DNA of 64,000 nt from Macrostomum lignano (lineage: Eukaryota), in the NCBI GenBank assembly GCA_002269645.1, contig NIVC01000384.1:248001-312000 (forward strand), written 5' to 3'. The notes below the pieces were generated by a model. The model worked only from the letters and a program-made list of their open reading frames with translations. It was not told the DNA's origin and did not search any database. A program made the position numbers and the translations under genes. Shown here in pieces: positions 10,401 through 22,213 of the stretch. Position 1 is the stretch's first letter. The number at the start of each line of letters is the position of its first letter.

Positions 10401-13400
10401 CATCCAGTACCTGACTTCTGATCACCGGCTGTGGCGCTACGCTCCCTTCAACTTTGAGCAGTACCCCGGCATGCGGATGAACGTGCCGCCCGACCGCATC
10501 CCCTGGGAGGTGGGTGGCGCTGGCTGGGTGGCTTCAATTTTGGTAGCGCCAATGGGGATAGCGCCGGTGGGGATGGCGCCGATAGAGATGGCGCCAAAGG
10601 GGTTGCCGATGGGGACGGCGCCGATGGAATGGCGCCGATGGGGTGGCGTTTTATGGAGGTGGCGCCGATGGGGTGGCGTTTTATGGAGGTGGCGCCGATG
10701 AGGTGGCGTTTTATGGAGGTGGCGCCGATGGGGATGGCGCCGATCGGTGTGGGGCCGGTGGGGGTGGCGCCAATGGAGATGGTGGCGCCGATGGAGATGG
10801 CGCTGGTGGGGTGGCGTCAATGGGGTGGCGCCGATGGGGGTGGCGCCGATGGGGGTGGCGCCGATGGGGGTGGCGCCGATGGGGGTGGCGCCAATGAGGC
10901 TGGCGCCAATGAGGCTGGCGCCAATAGAATTTACACAGCCAACGGTCATCTCCGCTCCGCTCCAACCGCAGATCGAATATCGGGAATATTTTGCATTTGA
11001 CGCATCAGACGAAGTGCTGGTCTACCCGGGACCGGACGCTCACGACAACCCGTCTGTGTGAGTTCACCTGCAGATTCTTGTAGCCAGCGATTGTTCTTAA
11101 AATTTTCCACATAATATTCTATTATAAATACTTGATAGTTTCAATCACCACTAATGATAGTACACCAGCGCATAATTATCGATCACACAAGCCCTTAATT
11201 ATCGATAACACTAGCCCTTAATTATCGATGACACCAGCCCATAATTATCGATAACACCAGTCTTTAATTATCGATAACACAAACCCTTCATTATTAATAA
11301 CACCAATCCTTTATTATCGATAACACCAGCCCTTAATTATCGATGACACCAGCCCATATTATCGATAACACCAGCCCATATTATCGTTAACACTAGCCCT
11401 TAATTATCGATAACACTAGCCCTTAATTATCGATGACACCAGCCCATATTATCGATAACACCAGCCCATATTATCGTTAACACTAGCCCTTAATTATCGA
11501 TAACACTAGCCCTTAATTATCGATGACACCAGCCCAAAATTATCGATAACACAAACCCTTCATTATTCATAACACCTATCCTTAATAATCGATCACACAA
11601 GCCCTTAGTTATTGATAACACCAGCCCTTCATTATTGATAACACCAATCCTTAATTATCGATAACACCATCCCTTAATTATCGATGACACCAGCCCATAT
11701 TATCGATAACACCAGCCCATATTATCGTTAACACCAGCCCTAATTATCGATAACACTAGCCCTTAATTATCGATAACACCATCCCTTAATTATCGATGAC
11801 ACTAGCCCTTAATTATCGATAACACCATCCCTTAATTATCGATGACACCAGCCCATATTATCGATAACACCAGCCCATATTATCGTTAACACCAGCCCTT
11901 AATTATCGATAACACTAGCCCTTAATTATCGATGACACCAGCCCATAATTATCGATAACACCAGCCTTTAATTATCGATAACACTAGCCCTAATTATCGA
12001 TAACACCAGCACTTCATTATTGATAACGACAAATCCTTAATTATTGATAACAACAATCCTTAATTATCGATAACACTAGCCCTTAATTGTCGATAACACT
12101 AGCCCTTAATTATCGATGACACCAGCCCTTAATTATCGATAACACTAGCCCTTAATTATCGATGACACCAGCACTTCAATATTGATAACGACAAATCCTT
12201 AATTATTGATAACAACAATCCTTAATTATCGATGACACCAGCCCATAATTATCGATAACACCAGCCTTTAATTATCGATAGCACTAGCCCTAATTATCGA
12301 TAACACCAGAACTTCATTATTGATAACGACAAATCCTTAATTATTGATAACAACAATCCTTAATTACCGATAACACTAGCCCTTAATTATCGATGACACC
12401 AGCCCTTAATTTTCGATAACACTAGCCCTTAATTATCGATGACACCAGCCCTTAATTATCGATGACACCAGCCCTTTATTATCGATAACACCAATCCTTA
12501 ATCATCGATTTCGGCAAACCCTTAACTATTGATGACACCAGCCCTTAATTATCTACAAAATCAACCCAAGAATCGACAATTTACACTCCACTCCAACTTA
12601 TCCAATACAATAGACTCAAAATACCAACAACTCAAGCTAAAAGATTGTTCCAAATTTTTATACCCATTAAATGACAGCACAGATTCCATTATCGATGCTA
12701 CAGACATTAGGCTCTTTTAGTTGGAGAAAAACTTTGAAAATTAGTTATCGCTCAATTACGCAATTTTCTCGCATCACACTACTATCAGCGGCACAAATTG
12801 AATCTGCAATCCGCAGGTCGGTCCACTCGCTGCCATTCAACCAATACGACAGCGCGCACAAGCTCCGTCGCCAGAGCATGATGGGTCGCTACCGGCTAGA
12901 CTCGAACTCCGGAGCACCGCTCAACCCGATGGGCCGGACGGGGCTGAAAGGCAAAGGCCTGCTGCCCAGGTGGGGCCCCAACAACGCTGCCGTGGTGGTC
13001 ATGACCCGCTGGAACCGGGCGCCATCCGGGGCGGTCATCCACCGGCTGGGCAAGCCGATCCTGCAGGTGGTGTCGCTGTTCCGCCACAAACAGTTCTGCC
13101 TGCCCTGGGTGAGTGGACTGGGACGGGGACGCTGGGGGGTGTCTAGGAAAGTCCTTGTACACTCACATACATGAGCAACGCTGGGGCACGCACTCGTACA
13201 CAGCACACTCAGCACTCAGCACATTTGCGTGTAAGCTACTTTCAATTCAGTAGTAAGTTTAACATACCATTTTAATGTATTTTTAAAGCCTAGGCTCATT
13301 TATTGCCTCTTAACCCTCCAATTAAACCCTCCAACCGCGCCTTTCCACACTACCCCCCGCCCCGCCCCAATTTTATTGCCTTTCTCGAAATTCCAGCCTA

Positions 13401-16104
13401 AAGCGGCCATGTACATTTCAGTGGACTGGCTAATGTACATTACTGCCGAACCAATTAGCAAGTTGTTTACGCCTGCAAGCTTGGGCTTCTAAACTTATCA
13501 AAGTGATTTCAGCTGCCTTATTTATAAAATAGCTTATGCATTCTTCTTTGCTACCGAACTGAAAGTAGAAAGCTGTTTTGCTAAGTACGAGCGTATATAT
13601 GCCTGAGTGGCCCATCTAGTTATTTTAGTATCTGTGGTCGTGGAGCAGGGTCAGATGGGTAACATTAAAGGTCACCTTGAAGGTCACCAAATTTAAGTCG
13701 GCCTTGGCAATCAATCAGCCAATCATAATTTAACCTGCCAATCAAACTCCGCACCCGCAGTACCTCACGGATCACCAGTCGCACTGCGACTACGACCAGT
13801 GCGTGGCCCAGTTTCTCAAAGTCTTCGTCAGTCGGCGATTGAAGCAGCTGATGCAGCATAGGGGCGCTCGCCAGGAGATCACGGCAGTTCAGAAGGGAAG
13901 AGCGGAACAGGTACGAAGTCGTTGTTGGTTCCTTGGGGCCGCAGGCAGCGGACAGAAAAGAAACATTTTCGAGTTATAACAAAACGGGTAAATTTGACCG
14001 CGCTTTTGTAGGCAATTCGGCATTCGGAAACTGATTTGGTATGAAAGAAGAATTCATAAATCGCGAATAAAACTTTTTAGTTGGCAATGATAGTACTTTT
14101 AAAATAAGTTTTTACTATTCCTTAAATTTTATTCCGTTGAATACGTTCTGCCACCCTATCAAGTGGTTCTTATGTTTCTGTTTACCTGCATTTTATTTTT
14201 TCTTTTGGACAAAAATAAAATAAAGAATGAATCATAAATACGAAATGGGGAATCCCGAATCCGAAATGGGGAATGCCGAATACGAAGTTGGAAATCCCGA
14301 ACCAGAGATTGGGAATCCTGAACCCGAAATGGGAAAACCCGAATCCGATAGGGGGAATCCCGAATCCGATATGAGGAATCCCGAATCCGATATGGGGAAT
14401 CCCGAATCCGATATGGGGAATCCCGAATCCGATATGGGGAATCCCGAATCCGATATGGGGAATCCCGAATCCGATATGGGGAATCCCGAATCCGATATGG
14501 GGAATCCCGAATCCGATATGCGGAATCCCGAATCCGATATGTGAAATCCCGAATCCGATATGCGAAATCCCGAATCCGATATGCGAAATCCCGAATCCGA
14601 TATGCGGAATCCCGAATCCGATTCGGAGAATCGCGAATCCGATATGGGGAATCCTGAATCCGAAATGGGGAATCCCGAATCCAAATGAGGAAATCCGGAA
14701 TCCGAATGAGGGAATCCCGAATCCGATTCGGAGAATCGCGAATCCGATATGGGGAATCCTGAATCCGAAATGGGGAATCCCGAATCCAAATGAGGAAATC
14801 CGGAATCCAAATGAGGGAATCCCGAATCCGAATGAGGGAATCCCAAATCCAAACGAGGGAATCCCGAATCCAAACCAGGGAATCAACATCCCAGGTTAAA
14901 GTATTATTTTTTGGAATCCCTGTTGCTTTCTTAGAAATGCCAATACCTCACCTTAACCCTCTCTTCTTTGCATCATTTTTCTGTTTTTTTTAATAATTCC
15001 TGTCCCAGTATTCGCTGCTAACTTTTTCTATCAATGTGTTGGCGATGAAAAATTTGTTATAATCTCGGGCATTTGACACGACTTGGTGCATAAACAAATT
15101 TCAGATATTCAAAGGCTACCTGGATGACCATCTAAATTCGGACAATGCCTGGATTGAGGCGGTGGTCATCAATATTCACGAATCTGAGGGCTGGAAATTC
15201 TCTGACGCTATGCTCAAGGTGAGCTCGAGGGGGCGCTACCGATCAAGCTACGATAATAGTTACTGGTGATTGGATGGCTTGCCATCCCACATCCAGGTGT
15301 AGGGTGTAATAAAATGGGTTGCCAGGCCTCACACCAGCAAGTCGACGGCCTTTTATGGAGTGCCATCCCCCACCAAAAGAAGTGTCATCCCACACTAATG
15401 GGTCATCCCACACTAATGGGTCATCCCACACTAATGGGTCATCCCACACTAATGGGTCATCCCACACTAGAAAGTGCCATCCCACACACCAAGAAGTGTC
15501 ATCCCACACTAGAAAGTGTCATCCCACACACCAAGAAGTGTCATCCCACACTAGAAAGTGCCATCCCACACTAGGAAGTGCCATCCCACACTAGAAAGTG
15601 CCATCCCACACTAGGAAGTGCCATCCCACACTACGAAGTGCCATCCCACATTAGGAAGTGCCATCACACACACCAAAAAGTGTCATCCTAAACACCAAGA
15701 AGTGTCACCCCCACACCAAGAAGTGTCATCCCACACACCAAGAAGTGTCATCCCACACACCAAGAAGTGCCATCTCACACACCAAGAAGTGTCATCCCAC
15801 ACACCAAGAAGTGTCATCCCACACACCAAGAAGTGCCATCTCACACACCAAGAAGTGCCATCTCACACACCAAGAAGTGTCATCCCACACACCAAGAAGT
15901 GTCATCCCACACACCAAGAAGTGTCATCCCACACACCAAGAAGTGCCATAAGTGCCAAAATACCCACCCAACAACCAGGTATTCGCGGAGGCAGACTGCG
16001 ACGAGCAGGTGAAGTGGATGGAGGTGGCCTACAGCACGGCACTTCGGTCCAGCCACTGCGAACTCTTGAAAACCGTGGCAGGCAATCACAATGCCTATTT
16101 TTGA
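1469..16104 (+). CDS. TRPM2: TRPM cation channel with C-terminal NUDT9-homology domain (TRPM2/TRPM_PZQ-like); the 5' exons lie upstream of the window
   Basis: Phase-consistent GT-AG exons: 1469-1562 (FYMAPVIRFVYNT), 2809-2937 (S1-S2, EEIKQ), possible microexon 3053-3061, 5595-6111 (SWNKLD S3, IRLMYIF S4, LGPKLIMIGKM, pore YFQMFGE), 6651-7243 (NILMFNLLIAMFS, TRP box WNYQRY), 8321-8596 (coiled coil), 10192-10509, 10972-11057, 12817-13108 (NPMGRTGLKGKGLLPRWGPN), 13761-13910, 15105-15218 (GYLDDHLNSDNAWIE), 15979-16104 (stop TGA). The symbol denotes the family/architecture; strict orthology was not tested. Confidence 0.93.
1738..2795. repeat. 21-bp minisatellite (GAGCTTAGATTTTGAGGCTTG)n, about 50 copies, TRPM intron
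   Basis: Direct tandem periodicity; it produces the spurious LQASKSK/FEAWSLD ORFs. Confidence 0.95.
3590..4335. repeat. 83-bp purine-rich tandem repeat, about 9 copies, TRPM intron
   Basis: Unit AGGGGGTGTGGAAAGGCGTGG...GAACGAGCGATAAT recurs at about 83-bp spacing. Confidence 0.9.
4995..5525. repeat. 30-bp minisatellite (GGAAGTATCTAGGGAAATCCTGGTTGCTAT)n, about 17 copies
   Basis: Tandem periodicity; gives the MEVSREILVA ORF. Confidence 0.92.
6150..6610. repeat. Degenerate CCAATCAG-rich repeat, TRPM intron
   Basis: Many AACCAATCAGAAT units with irregular spacing. Confidence 0.8.
7250..7690. repeat. 22/23-bp minisatellite (GTGTCTGACAGGCGGGATTTCC)n
   Basis: Tandem array that begins a few nt after the donor at 7244. 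Confidence 0.92.
7690..8297. repeat. 20-bp minisatellite (CAGTTGTGTATCTAACAGCY)n, about 30 copies
   Basis: Tandem periodicity; ends about 25 nt before the acceptor at 8320. Confidence 0.95.
8612..10185. repeat. Degenerate (TTCCACATCT)n pyrimidine-rich repeat filling a TRPM intron
   Basis: About 10-bp unit with 9/11-bp variants; source of the FHIFPHLST ORFs. Confidence 0.92.
10512..10925. repeat. GGCGCCGATGGGGGT-type 15-bp repeat, TRPM intron
   Basis: Repeated GGCGCC(G/A)ATG units. Confidence 0.85.
11175..12555. repeat. About 23-bp minisatellite (TTATCGATAACACCAGCCCTTAA)n
   Basis: Tandem periodicity with higher-order variant blocks. Confidence 0.93.
14240..14885. repeat. 21-bp minisatellite (GGGAATCCCGAATCCGATATG)n
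   Basis: Tandem periodicity. Confidence 0.92.
15365..15958. repeat. 18/22-bp CATCCCACAC-core minisatellite
   Basis: Units CATCCCACACTAATGGGT, then CATCCCACACACCAAGAAGTGT, running up to the last TRPM acceptor. Confidence 0.9.
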
Positions 16105-16424
16105 GGCCTCAAAATCCAGCTGTATGAGTAGTAATCCTATACGGATATCTGATATCTGATTTTATATCCTATTGTTAGTAGTAAATATGCTGATGCAGAG
16201 GTTATATTTGCCTGAAAATATTCAACTTTGCACATCTACATGTGATTCCTGCCGTAAGCCTCGTATTACATGCAGACTTGGTTGTTGCTGTTGCTGCTGC
16301 GAGGGACACTTCGTGTTCTTGTATTCTGTTGCCATTAAGCAATTGGATTTTAAATTTACATTGTCACTTCAGCTCTAATTGGTCATCTATAGCTAGACTC
16401 TCTAGTGCCACTTTCCTGTGCTTG

Positions 16425-16930
16425 ACACGTCTTAGTGTCTGTCTTAGTGGCTGTCTGTCTCTTTTAGTGTCTGTCTCAGTGTCTGTCTCAGTGTCTGCCC
16501 AGTGTCTGTCTTAGTGTCTGTCTTAGTGGCTGTCTGTCTCTTTTAGTGTCTGCCCAGTGTCTGTCCTAGTGTCTGCCTTAGTGTCTGTCTCAGTGTCTGT
16601 CCTAGTGTCTGCCTTAGTGTCTGTCTCAGTGTCTGTCCTAGTGTCTGCCTTAGTGTCTGTCTCAGTGTCTGTCTTAGTGTCTGTCTGTCTCTTTTAGTGT
16701 CTGTCTCAGTGTCTGTCTCAGTGTCTGTCTCAGTGTCTGCCCAGTGTCTGTCTTAGTGTCTGTCTTAGTGCCTGTCTTGGTGTCTACCTTAGTGTCTTAG
16801 TGTCTGTCTCAGTGTCTGTCCGTCTCTTTTAGTTTCTGTCTCAGTGTCTGCCCAGTGTCTGTCCTAGTGTCTGCCTTAGTGTCTGTCTCAGTGTCTGTCT
16901 CGGTGTCTGTCTTAGATAATGTCTTCCTCG

Positions 16931-16971
<41 letters not shown>

Positions 16972-17012
16972 GCCTCAGTGTCTGTCTGTCTGTCTGTCTG
17001 TCTTTCCGTCTG
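16425..17012. repeat. Degenerate (AGTGTCTGTCT)/(GTCT)n repeat
   Basis: Low-complexity tandem sequence. Confidence 0.85.
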
Positions 17013-17749
17013 TCAAATGAGCACACCAGGCCCGTCAGCGCGGTACACGGCGGTCACAGCAGCAACCCGAACTCCTGTACACTCACGTGCATGCCCAACA
17101 AAATTGTCTGTGACAAAACCTACGAACTCTTCTTCCTTATTAAAAAAGCAACGCTGCTTTTCTTTTTATAAAAAATTGACTTGCTCCGAGGCTGTTCCAC
17201 TGCAACTCGTCACAGCCATGAGCACCGGCCCATCGCTCATCTCTATGTGATTATTGCTTTATCGACATCGCCCCCCCGTCATCCACTTACTGCTGGTCAT
17301 CAGTAGTGTAGCAGTAGTAAGTAGTATATATTATGCAAAATGGCGATTTTCACTGTTGTCATTTCTGAGAAATGCAAATTATTAATAAATATACTAAAAT
17401 TTATATTTCTTATTTACTCATTTCGCAGGCCAGTATTTTGCTTAATTATCTGTCATCAATATGAAACCCATTGCAATGACACTAATTGCCATTGATGTCA
17501 CAAATAAATAAATAAAATGCTTACTTTTATGATTGCAAATTTTTTCAAATCTAAATGTTTTTTGCTGAACTAGAAAACTTGTATTTTTTCCTTGATGAAT
17601 ACGAAGCGTATATTTATACCTTTTAATTTTCTGTCTGGCGTCTTGACTAATCTAAGGTGAGTAGTCTTGGCTAATTATCTGGTAGCTTCATCAGGAAAAC
17701 TTTCAATAGATTAATCCAACTTGAGGATTAAAAGGTATTTGGAGGGTAA

Positions 17750-18066
17750 ATTGAAGAATCACGGAGGGTAAATTGAAGAATCACGGAGGGTAAATTGAAG
17801 AATCACGGAGGGTAAATTGAAGAATCACGGAGGGTAAACTGAAGAATCACGGAGGGTAAATTGAAGAATCACGGAGGGTAAATTGAAAAATCACGGAGGG
17901 TAAACTGAAGAATCACGGAGGGTAAATTGAAGAATCACGGAGGGTAAATTGAAGAATCACGGAGGGTAAATTGAAGAATCACGGAGGGTAAACTGAAGAA
18001 TCATGGATGGTAAATTGAAGAATCATGGAAGGTAAACTGAAGAATCATGGAGGGTAAACTGAAGAA
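17750..18066. repeat. 22-bp minisatellite (ACGGAGGGTAAATTGAAGAATC)n
   Basis: Tandem periodicity, about 14 copies. Confidence 0.92.
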
Positions 18067-18188
18067 CGGAGCGACTGAGGGTAAGATTACAGCACAGGGG
18101 TTAGACAAAAGTTACAAGACAGCAACTCTGAGTCACTTATAAGTTTTCCTAGCAGGCCCAAGACCATTGTTCACAAGTTCGCAAGCGG

Positions 18189-19694
18189 TCAGCAGATGGT
18201 CTCGCACACGTTGCTGTAAACCAGATCTTGGTGCACCAGAACGGAGACCATCCTGTTCAAGTCAGCATCTTCGCCGACCCCGCCGCTGCCGCTCGGCTCT
18301 ACAATGGTGTGTTTGCCGCGGCCGCAGATGGCGCTGTTGTTCCTGAAACGGACCATCTCGTCGGCGGTTCCGACCGCGCCAGCTTGAAGTTGTCGGCGAA
18401 GACGCCGCAGGCGCATTCGCTGCTGGCGACGCTGAATCGGGCCGCCGTAGGAGAGCGACGGACTGGCGCCGGCGGTCTCGTCAGCCGAGCCGCCGTCGTT
18501 GTTGGCTGCGACGGCGGCAGCAGCGTCGGCAGCGTTGGCTGCGGCGCTGATGCGGGCGGCAACTGCGGGACAAAAAGTTTTCAAGAAACAGCGTCGAAAA
18601 TCGCGATTAAAGCCGACGTAGAGAAAGAAGTTGAGCGCAGAGTTCAGGCTGAGCATCAAGTCGCTGATCTCGCGGACGCCCCGGCGAAAATTGCTGGCCG
18701 TCTCGACGTAGCCCCAGCCAAGCAGGGACAGCAGGGCGTCGGGCAGGCTGAACACGATGGCGCAGAGGATCACCACGGCCAGCATGAGGGTCACGCGGTT
18801 GCGGGTGGCCAGCCGCTTGTTGGCCCGAGTGGCTCTGACGGCCATGGTGATTCGCACGTTCAGGCAGAACAAAATCAGTAGCGGCAGAGGCGACCGCACG
18901 AGGCTCTGGGCTTTGGCATAGATATTGGAATACGGAAAATTGGTCCAAAGTTTGCTTGGCATCGGCCACGGTGTGCAGTTAGTGCTAGTAGAATTGCTTT
19001 CGGGCCATGTATAATTGTCACGCAGAGAGCGCGTGATTTTGCTGCTAAAAATAGCATCTTCTGTAGGGATCGATGAACTGACGTCACTGTTAGGTCGCGC
19101 GGAGCTATAAATAGCAACATCCGAAGTGACATCATGGCTAGTGATGTTTCTAAAAATAGCATCATCGGGTGCCGTTGCCGGCTGTTTGCAAACGGTCTCG
19201 TAGCGCAGCAAGTAGGGCCAGGTGATGATCAGCACCAGCAGGAAGGTGACCAGAGACGCTTTCCGGGCTTTGGCTACGGTGAGCGAGTAGCGACTCCAGC
19301 CCGGTTGAGTCACCATCAGGCAGCGTTCGACGGCCACGGCCACGGTGAGCCAGGCAGCGCAGCCTGAGGCGTACTGCGACAAGAAGAATGAGTAGGGATA
19401 CAGCCAGGCAAATAGACGGTGGCCGGGCATCAGGCTGGCCGGGAAGTAGAGAAAATCGTTGCCAAGTTTGAGCAGGTCCGCCCCGGCTAGGCCGGTCAGG
19501 TAGGCGTTGGTGCTGCTGCAGCGGAGGGCCCGGCGGCTGAACACCGCGACGCACAGGACGCTGCCAACGCAGCCGAGAATGGACACAAAGGGACAGAGCA
19601 GGACGCCGGTGACAAACTGGGCTCGCTGGAAGAATTCCTCGGCAGAGGCGTCAGAGGCGTCGGCCTCGGAATCACTCAGACTCTGCAGGGACAT
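18189..19694 (-). CDS. Intronless rhodopsin-class GPCR, peptide-receptor type (FMRFamide/myosuppressin/sex-peptide-receptor-like), about 501 aa
   Basis: Seven hydrophobic segments. Motifs: TM1 GCVGSVL, TM2 YLTGLAGADLL, TM3 WLTVAVAVERC (DRY equivalent), TM6 FSLPD, TM7 LNSALNFFLY. First ATG at 19694. Confidence 0.9.
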   Translation of the reverse strand: MSLQSLSDSEADASDASAEEFFQRAQFVTGVLLCPFVSILGCVGSVLCVAVFSRRALRCSSTNAYLTGLAGADLLKLGNDFLYFPASLMPGHRLFAWLYPYSFFLSQYASGCAAWLTVAVAVERCLMVTQPGWSRYSLTVAKARKASLVTFLLVLIITWPYLLRYETVCKQPATAPDDAIFRNITSHDVTSDVAIYSSARPNSDVSSSIPTEDAIFSSKITRSLRDNYTWPESNSTSTNCTPWPMPSKLWTNFPYSNIYAKAQSLVRSPLPLLILFCLNVRITMAVRATRANKRLATRNRVTLMLAVVILCAIVFSLPDALLSLLGWGYVETASNFRRGVREISDLMLSLNSALNFFLYVGFNRDFRRCFLKTFCPAVAARISAAANAADAAAAVAANNDGGSADETAGASPSLSYGGPIQRRQQRMRLRRLRRQLQAGAVGTADEMVRFRNNSAICGRGKHTIVEPSGSGGVGEDADLNRMVSVLVHQDLVYSNVCETIC

Positions 19695-19964
19695 GCCGCA
19701 GTTTGGGGACAATCGAGATGAGCAAGGTGTAGCAAATTTGGCTTATTATTAGCACCTGAGGCGGGCTGCTCGAGGACTCAAAGCGGAACCTCATTCGACT
19801 GAGGAAGAATTAATTTCCTTACCCAATGGGAGCAATGCAGTTGAAAATCTTTCAAAAATGCATGAAGCCATGCGTGAATTCATAACAGAAACTCGAAAGT
19901 GGCACTCAGACTTTCCTAGCGGTTTTTTATAGCTTTTCCATCGAGAATTCGGTTAGTGTTGCAT

Positions 19965-20445
19965 GGACATACCCTCAGGGTTCAGGAAAGCCGTAATTAT
20001 CCCTCAGGGTCCTTCAGGAAGCCGTACTCATCCCTTCAGGGTCCTTCAGATAGCTGTACTTATCCCCTCATCCCCTCAGGGTCCTTCATGTGACCGAACT
20101 TATCCCCTCAGGGTACCTCATGTGGCCGAACTTATCCCGTCAGGGTCCATCAGGAAGCCGTACTTATTCCCTAAGGGTCCTTCTGGAAAGCCGTAATTAT
20201 CTCCTCAGGGTCCTACAGGAAAGCCGTAATTATCCCCTCAGGGTCCTGGAAAGCCGTAATTATCCCCTCAGGGTCTTACAGAAAAGCCATAATTATCCCC
20301 TCAGGTCCTTCATGTGGTCGAACTTATCCCCTCAGGGTCCTTCAGGAAAGCCGTAATTATCCCCTCAGGGTCCTTCATGTGGTCGAACTTATCCCCTCAG
20401 GGTTCTTCAGGAAAGCCGTAATTATCCACTCAGGGTCCTTCAGGT
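19965..20445. repeat. About 33-bp minisatellite (ATCCCCTCAGGGTCCTTCAGGAAAGCCGTAATT)n
   Basis: Imperfect tandem periodicity. Confidence 0.85.
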
Positions 20446-21104
20446 GGCCGCTGAGCTGATTGAGGGCTAAGTCAATATTTTCGAAAATCACGCGACTCCT
20501 TCGAAGTTCGAATCCGGTTCTCGAGGCCTTTTGTAAATCTTTTGCCACACTGAGCTGTACAACTGAGGTCATCACAGTCGAGTTCGTGGCCGCTGACGGC
20601 GCAGAGGTTCGCTTCCCGTTTAAAATGGGAAACGCATCCTGTCACACTGATGGAAAAATGTGAATTCTAAGGAAAAAACTGTTTCCTGTAAAAATTGAGG
20701 AAATCGAAACACTCTTGGACAGGGAAAATTTAATTAAAAAATTATAGCGAATTTGGCTTTAACGACGGAACATTCGGCCCACGCGGACCAACCCAGGGCA
20801 GTTCGTTCGCAAAAAATGCTTGGCAAATGGCAAGATTATTGATAATTGACAAACTTCGGTGTCCACACCGGATACGAGTGTGATTGAAATATAAGCCAAG
20901 TTCATAATTTATGCTCCCGGAAAGTTGGAATAAAAACCCAATCCCTCAGTTGCACGCTTTGAAAATCGACTATGTTTTTTTTGTACTGAAAAGAACTCTG
21001 GTTAAATCAGTTCCATTTGAATCTGTCAGTCCCGCTTCTTCCGCAGTAACAGCGTTTCTTTACTGATTTGCTTGTTTCGTTACAAACCTTTTATCTCAAG
21101 TTGC

Positions 21105-21792
21105 CGGCTGTCTGTCTGTCTTTCTGCCTTTGTGTCTGTCTGTCTGCTGTCTGTCTGTCTGTCCTTCTGCCTTTGTGTCTGTCTGTCTGCTGTCTGTCTG
21201 TCTGTCCTTCTGCCTTTGTGTCTGTCTGTCTGCTGTCTGTCTGTCTGTCCTTCTGCCTTTGTGTCTGTCTGTCTGTCTGCTGTCTGTCTGTCTTAGTGTC
21301 TGTCTTAGTGTCTGTCTTAGTGTCTGTCTGTCTGTCTGTCTGTCTGTTTATCTGTCTGTGTCTGTCTGTCTGTCTATCTGTCTGTCTGTCTGCCCTTCTG
21401 CCTTTGTGTCTGTCTGTCTGCTGTCTGTCTGTCTGTCCTTCTGCCTTTGTGTCTGTCTGTCTGTCTGTCTGCTGTCTGTCTGTCTTTCTGTCTGTCTGTC
21501 TGTCTGTCTGCTGTCTGTCTGTCTGTCTGTCTGTCTGCCCTTCTGCCTTTGTGTCTGTCTGTCTGCTGTCTGTCTCTCCTTCTGCCTTTGTGTCTGTCTG
21601 TCTGTCTGTCTGTCTGCTGTCTGTCTGTCTGTCTGTCTGTCTGCTGTCTGTCTGTCTGTCTGTCTTAGTGTCTGTCTGTCTGTCTGTCTGTCTGCTGTCT
21701 GTCTGTCTGTGTGTCTGTCTGTCTGTCTGTCTTTTTGCCTTTGTGTTTGGCTGTCTGTTTTAGTTTCTGTCTTTCTGTCATCTATCTATCTA
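21105..21792. repeat. Degenerate (GTCT)n microsatellite
   Basis: Low complexity; source of the LSVC ORFs. Confidence 0.9.
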
Positions 21793-22213
21793 TCACCATT
21801 TGCACCATCTAGCATATATGGCTCAAATTTCCACAATTTTAGCGACATGACAATTTATAATTTTAATGCTACAAATGAAAGCAAATTGAGACTGACAGTG
21901 TATTTATATTATAATGAAACGGCGAACAGCACCAACAATTTAATTAATAATTATTTCGAGACACAAGTACGAGTACACGCTAAACAGAACTGCAATTTAC
22001 AAATATGAATTAGCAACATGTTACAGGAAATATTTGCAGAAGAAATTTCAAATCCAATGAAATGCTTACTTACAAGAAATTGCCGTTAAGAGAATTAGCT
22101 AAGGAGCCGTCAAGGGCCGCTCCAACGGCTCTGAACAGCGAATGAAAAAAATTGTCAGCAAATTTTTGTCCAAACAAAAACAACAGCAACAAACACGCAC
22201 AGGGAGCAACTTG

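Noticed and set aside
18228-19752. Plus-strand ORFs overlapping the GPCR, and antisense ORFs over BRD8, ABCF1 and 60161-60886
   Set aside because: They are shadow frames of GC-rich coding sequence, with no recognisable motifs.
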